Both the position numbers and the translations under genes were made by a program. 64,000 bases of DNA, from contig BQFW01000003.1 in the NCBI GenBank assembly GCA_020891255.1, positions 1,116,001-1,180,000 on the forward strand, read 5' to 3'. This document shows positions 61,504 through 64,000 of this stretch, piece by piece. The notes under the pieces are model-generated. The model worked only from the letters and a program-made list of their open reading frames with translations. It did no database searches and had not been told where the DNA came from. Source of the stretch: Entomortierella parvispora E1425. Its lineage: Eukaryota; Fungi; Mortierellomycota. The number at the start of each line of letters is the position of its first letter. Position 1 is the first letter of the stretch.

Positions 61504-63083
61504 ATGGACAGGACCGCTGAATTTAAGGCCGCCATTAACTCGCTGCTTAGCAGAGGGCAGTTACAACACCGGCAAGGCAGCAACAATGCTAGGAGAACCG
61601 GAAAGGATGCCATCGCCTATGCAGAGTTCTCACATCTAGCCTCGTCCATCGGAAAGGAAATTACAGAAACGAATTCGAAACTACAAAAGCTGACCAAATG
61701 TATGAATGCATGATCCACTCTGTCGACGGATTTCGCCGCCATTCATGGAATAGAATGCTAACATGCGCATGACATCATCCATCGACTTTGGAACCTAGTG
61801 GTGAAAAAGAAAGCCATGTTTGATGACCGGCCTGTGGAAATCTCGGTAGGAATGTCTTCCAGTACCATGGTATTTAGTCGCTGCCAGCAGGCTTTCTGAC
61901 TTTGGGGTACTTCCCTTTTTTTGACTTTCTTAGGAGCTGACTTATGTCATCAAACAGGATCTTTCGCGCCTCAACGCGCAAATTTTGGCCTTGCAGCAAC
62001 ATGTCCGAGCAACAACAGCCAAAGGAAACAGATCCACCAGACAGATGGATGAGCATTCAGGAAATGTTGTTATCATTTTGCAGTCTAAACTGGCCAATAC
62101 CAGTATGGGCTTTAAAGAGGCGCTTGAGATTCGAACAGAGGTAACGGGCATAGACCAGAGCAAACATTCGCTGGAACAATGGGAGAAAATGTCAAAAGGT
62201 GCTAATACCACCCCCACCCTTACTTTCTTGTAAACAGAGTATGCAAGCTACAAAGAAGAGACAGGAGCAACTGCTGAACTCGACTCAGCCTCAACAGCAA
62301 GGACAGAGTCAGCAGCAGCAGTCATTGTCATTACCACCGAGCAGTATCCTATCACCCCTACGTAACACTACTCGATCGCCCATCGGCCTTGTTCCCACCA
62401 CACCCACGCCTTCACAATATCCTGGTAATGGCAATATACCCTTGGCACATGGACGGACATCCCCTTACGCGCAACCTCCACCCAATCGGCCTCCGTCTAC
62501 TACTGCCATGTCGCAACACCCACACCAATACTCCAATGGATCCTCGGATATCGATCCCTATAGTAGCCAGAGTGTTCACAGACGGAAAGGAGGAAGTGGA
62601 CGTGCTGATGACTACAACGGACAGTATGAAGATGACTCCGAGTCTGCTGGTCCAGCCTCGATGCTCTTTCAGCAGCAACAACACGCACCTCATGCAGAGC
62701 AGGTAGGACTCTCCCAGTTGAGCTTTTTTCTTGATTTATAACTTGCTCATGAACTATATGAAAACTAACCTTGTATCTATTGTTTTTTTATTTTTTTCAT
62801 TTGTTGAAAGTACATCCAAAACCGATCAACGGCCATTGAAGCAGTCGAGTCCACTTTGCAGGAACTTGGTGGAATCTTTCAGCAGCTGGCTCAGATGGTG
62901 GCTGAACAGCGGGATACCGTCCAAAGGATCGAGGCCAATACGGACGATATTGAAATGAACATCAATGAGGCTCAAAACCAATTGCTCCGGTATTACAGGA
63001 ACCTGTCTTCGGACCGTGCGTTGATGATCAAGATCTTTTTGACTATTATCTTTGTGTTCCTAGTCGTGTCTCTTGTTTCATGA
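61504..63083 (+). CDS. SED5: Golgi t-SNARE Sed5/syntaxin-5
   Basis: MDRTAEF; EFSHLASSIGKEI..KLQKL; FDDRPVEIS|ELTYVIKQDL; HSGNVVIILQSKLA; SNARE motif RSTAIEAVESTLQELGGIFQQLAQMVAEQ; C-terminal TM helix. Confidence 0.96.
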
Positions 63084-64000
63084 GCGCCTTATTGGTGCTA
63101 AAGAGAACTGCAAAACAAAAAAAATAATAAAGAGATCCAGTCATTCATGATGCCATTTGATAGACAATAATATTGCCAATGCTGCACATACACGCATACG
63201 AATGCGCCCCTCTTTTTCTTCCCATCGCATAAAGTATCTTCTTGTCTGCTTGTCCATATTACGGCAAGTAGTTGCTGAAGATGAACTTATGTCTCTTTCA
63301 AAGGGGGAGCATTCGACCCTGGGGATCACGATAGCACAAATAGCAAAGTTGTAGGGCTTGCTTTTTTTTGTTTGTTTAAAATTTAGTCGCGCTTTTTTTC
63401 AAAAGACATTGACACGTGCATGCCACGCATGCCACGCATGGAGGATGTGCACGCGCGGCAATTCAGCCTCTCTTTCATCCTCTCTCTCAATCTCCGTCCA
63501 TTTTCCCACGAAGGTAAGATTGCCAAGGTACATCCATTCACTGTTCATTTTGTCTTTTTTCTATGGGCTTTACAACCCAATCATCACATTGCAATTTGAT
63601 TAAGGCTTGTCGCGCCTTTGCTGCCTCTTCTTTTAAACCAAAGGAGTGCTGGATCTGCCACGCGTGCGATACAGCACCAAAGGAATATCTTCGAGTCCTT
63701 TTTTTCACTCTTTATATTGCCAGGAAAGCGAATCTAAATGTACCGCGGTGAACAGGTCTTATAACATATGCCATTCTGTTGGACACCATATGCCTGCACA
63801 GACGCACGCCTGCAACCTATACTCATGTCGGCATATCCTTCTCTCCGAGTTTCGAACGACACGCTTGACCAAAGCTGGCGGGACATTCCACTCCTGGATT
63901 CTTATTTTCTTGAAACTCATCCTGGCAATTGGCATCCAGAAGATTATGGGCGGAACACGGCTCATAGAGATCTCACTCCCTTTTTCCACAGCCTATCAAT

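Noticed and set aside
63759-63989. 76-aa ORF at the right edge
   Set aside because: No recognisable domain and the context is truncated by the window end.

Overview
Intron-rich fungal genomic DNA. The gene families suggest Mortierellaceae (Mucoromycota); this is an inference, not a database match. In order, the window holds: a multicopper oxidase running off the left edge, a frameshifted Mutator-like (MULE) transposase, RSPRY1, GNA1, a SET-domain methyltransferase, a small UPF0184/bublin-like gene head-to-head with BLOC1S1, a FAM72-domain protein, a decayed OPT transporter pseudogene, an intact ~1839-aa NACHT-pentapeptide-WD40 (NLR-like) gene, an orphan membrane protein, an intact OPT transporter, an F-box/LRR protein, a divergent cofilin paralog, GCN1, NBAS/SEC39 and SED5. 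The standout lies between NBAS and SED5. It is a five-exon gene (56788-61265) that splices by eye into one open 1377-aa protein, fusing an N-terminal XPG/FEN1-type PIN 5' nuclease to a C-terminal TnpB/Fanzor RuvC plus zinc finger. Both acidic catalytic sets are intact, there is an SV40-like NLS, and no transposase is adjacent. A 47-bp direct repeat pair and a small divergent ORF lie upstream of it, and a hairpin-rich candidate omegaRNA region lies downstream. All exon boundaries and alignments were made by eye and need computational confirmation.
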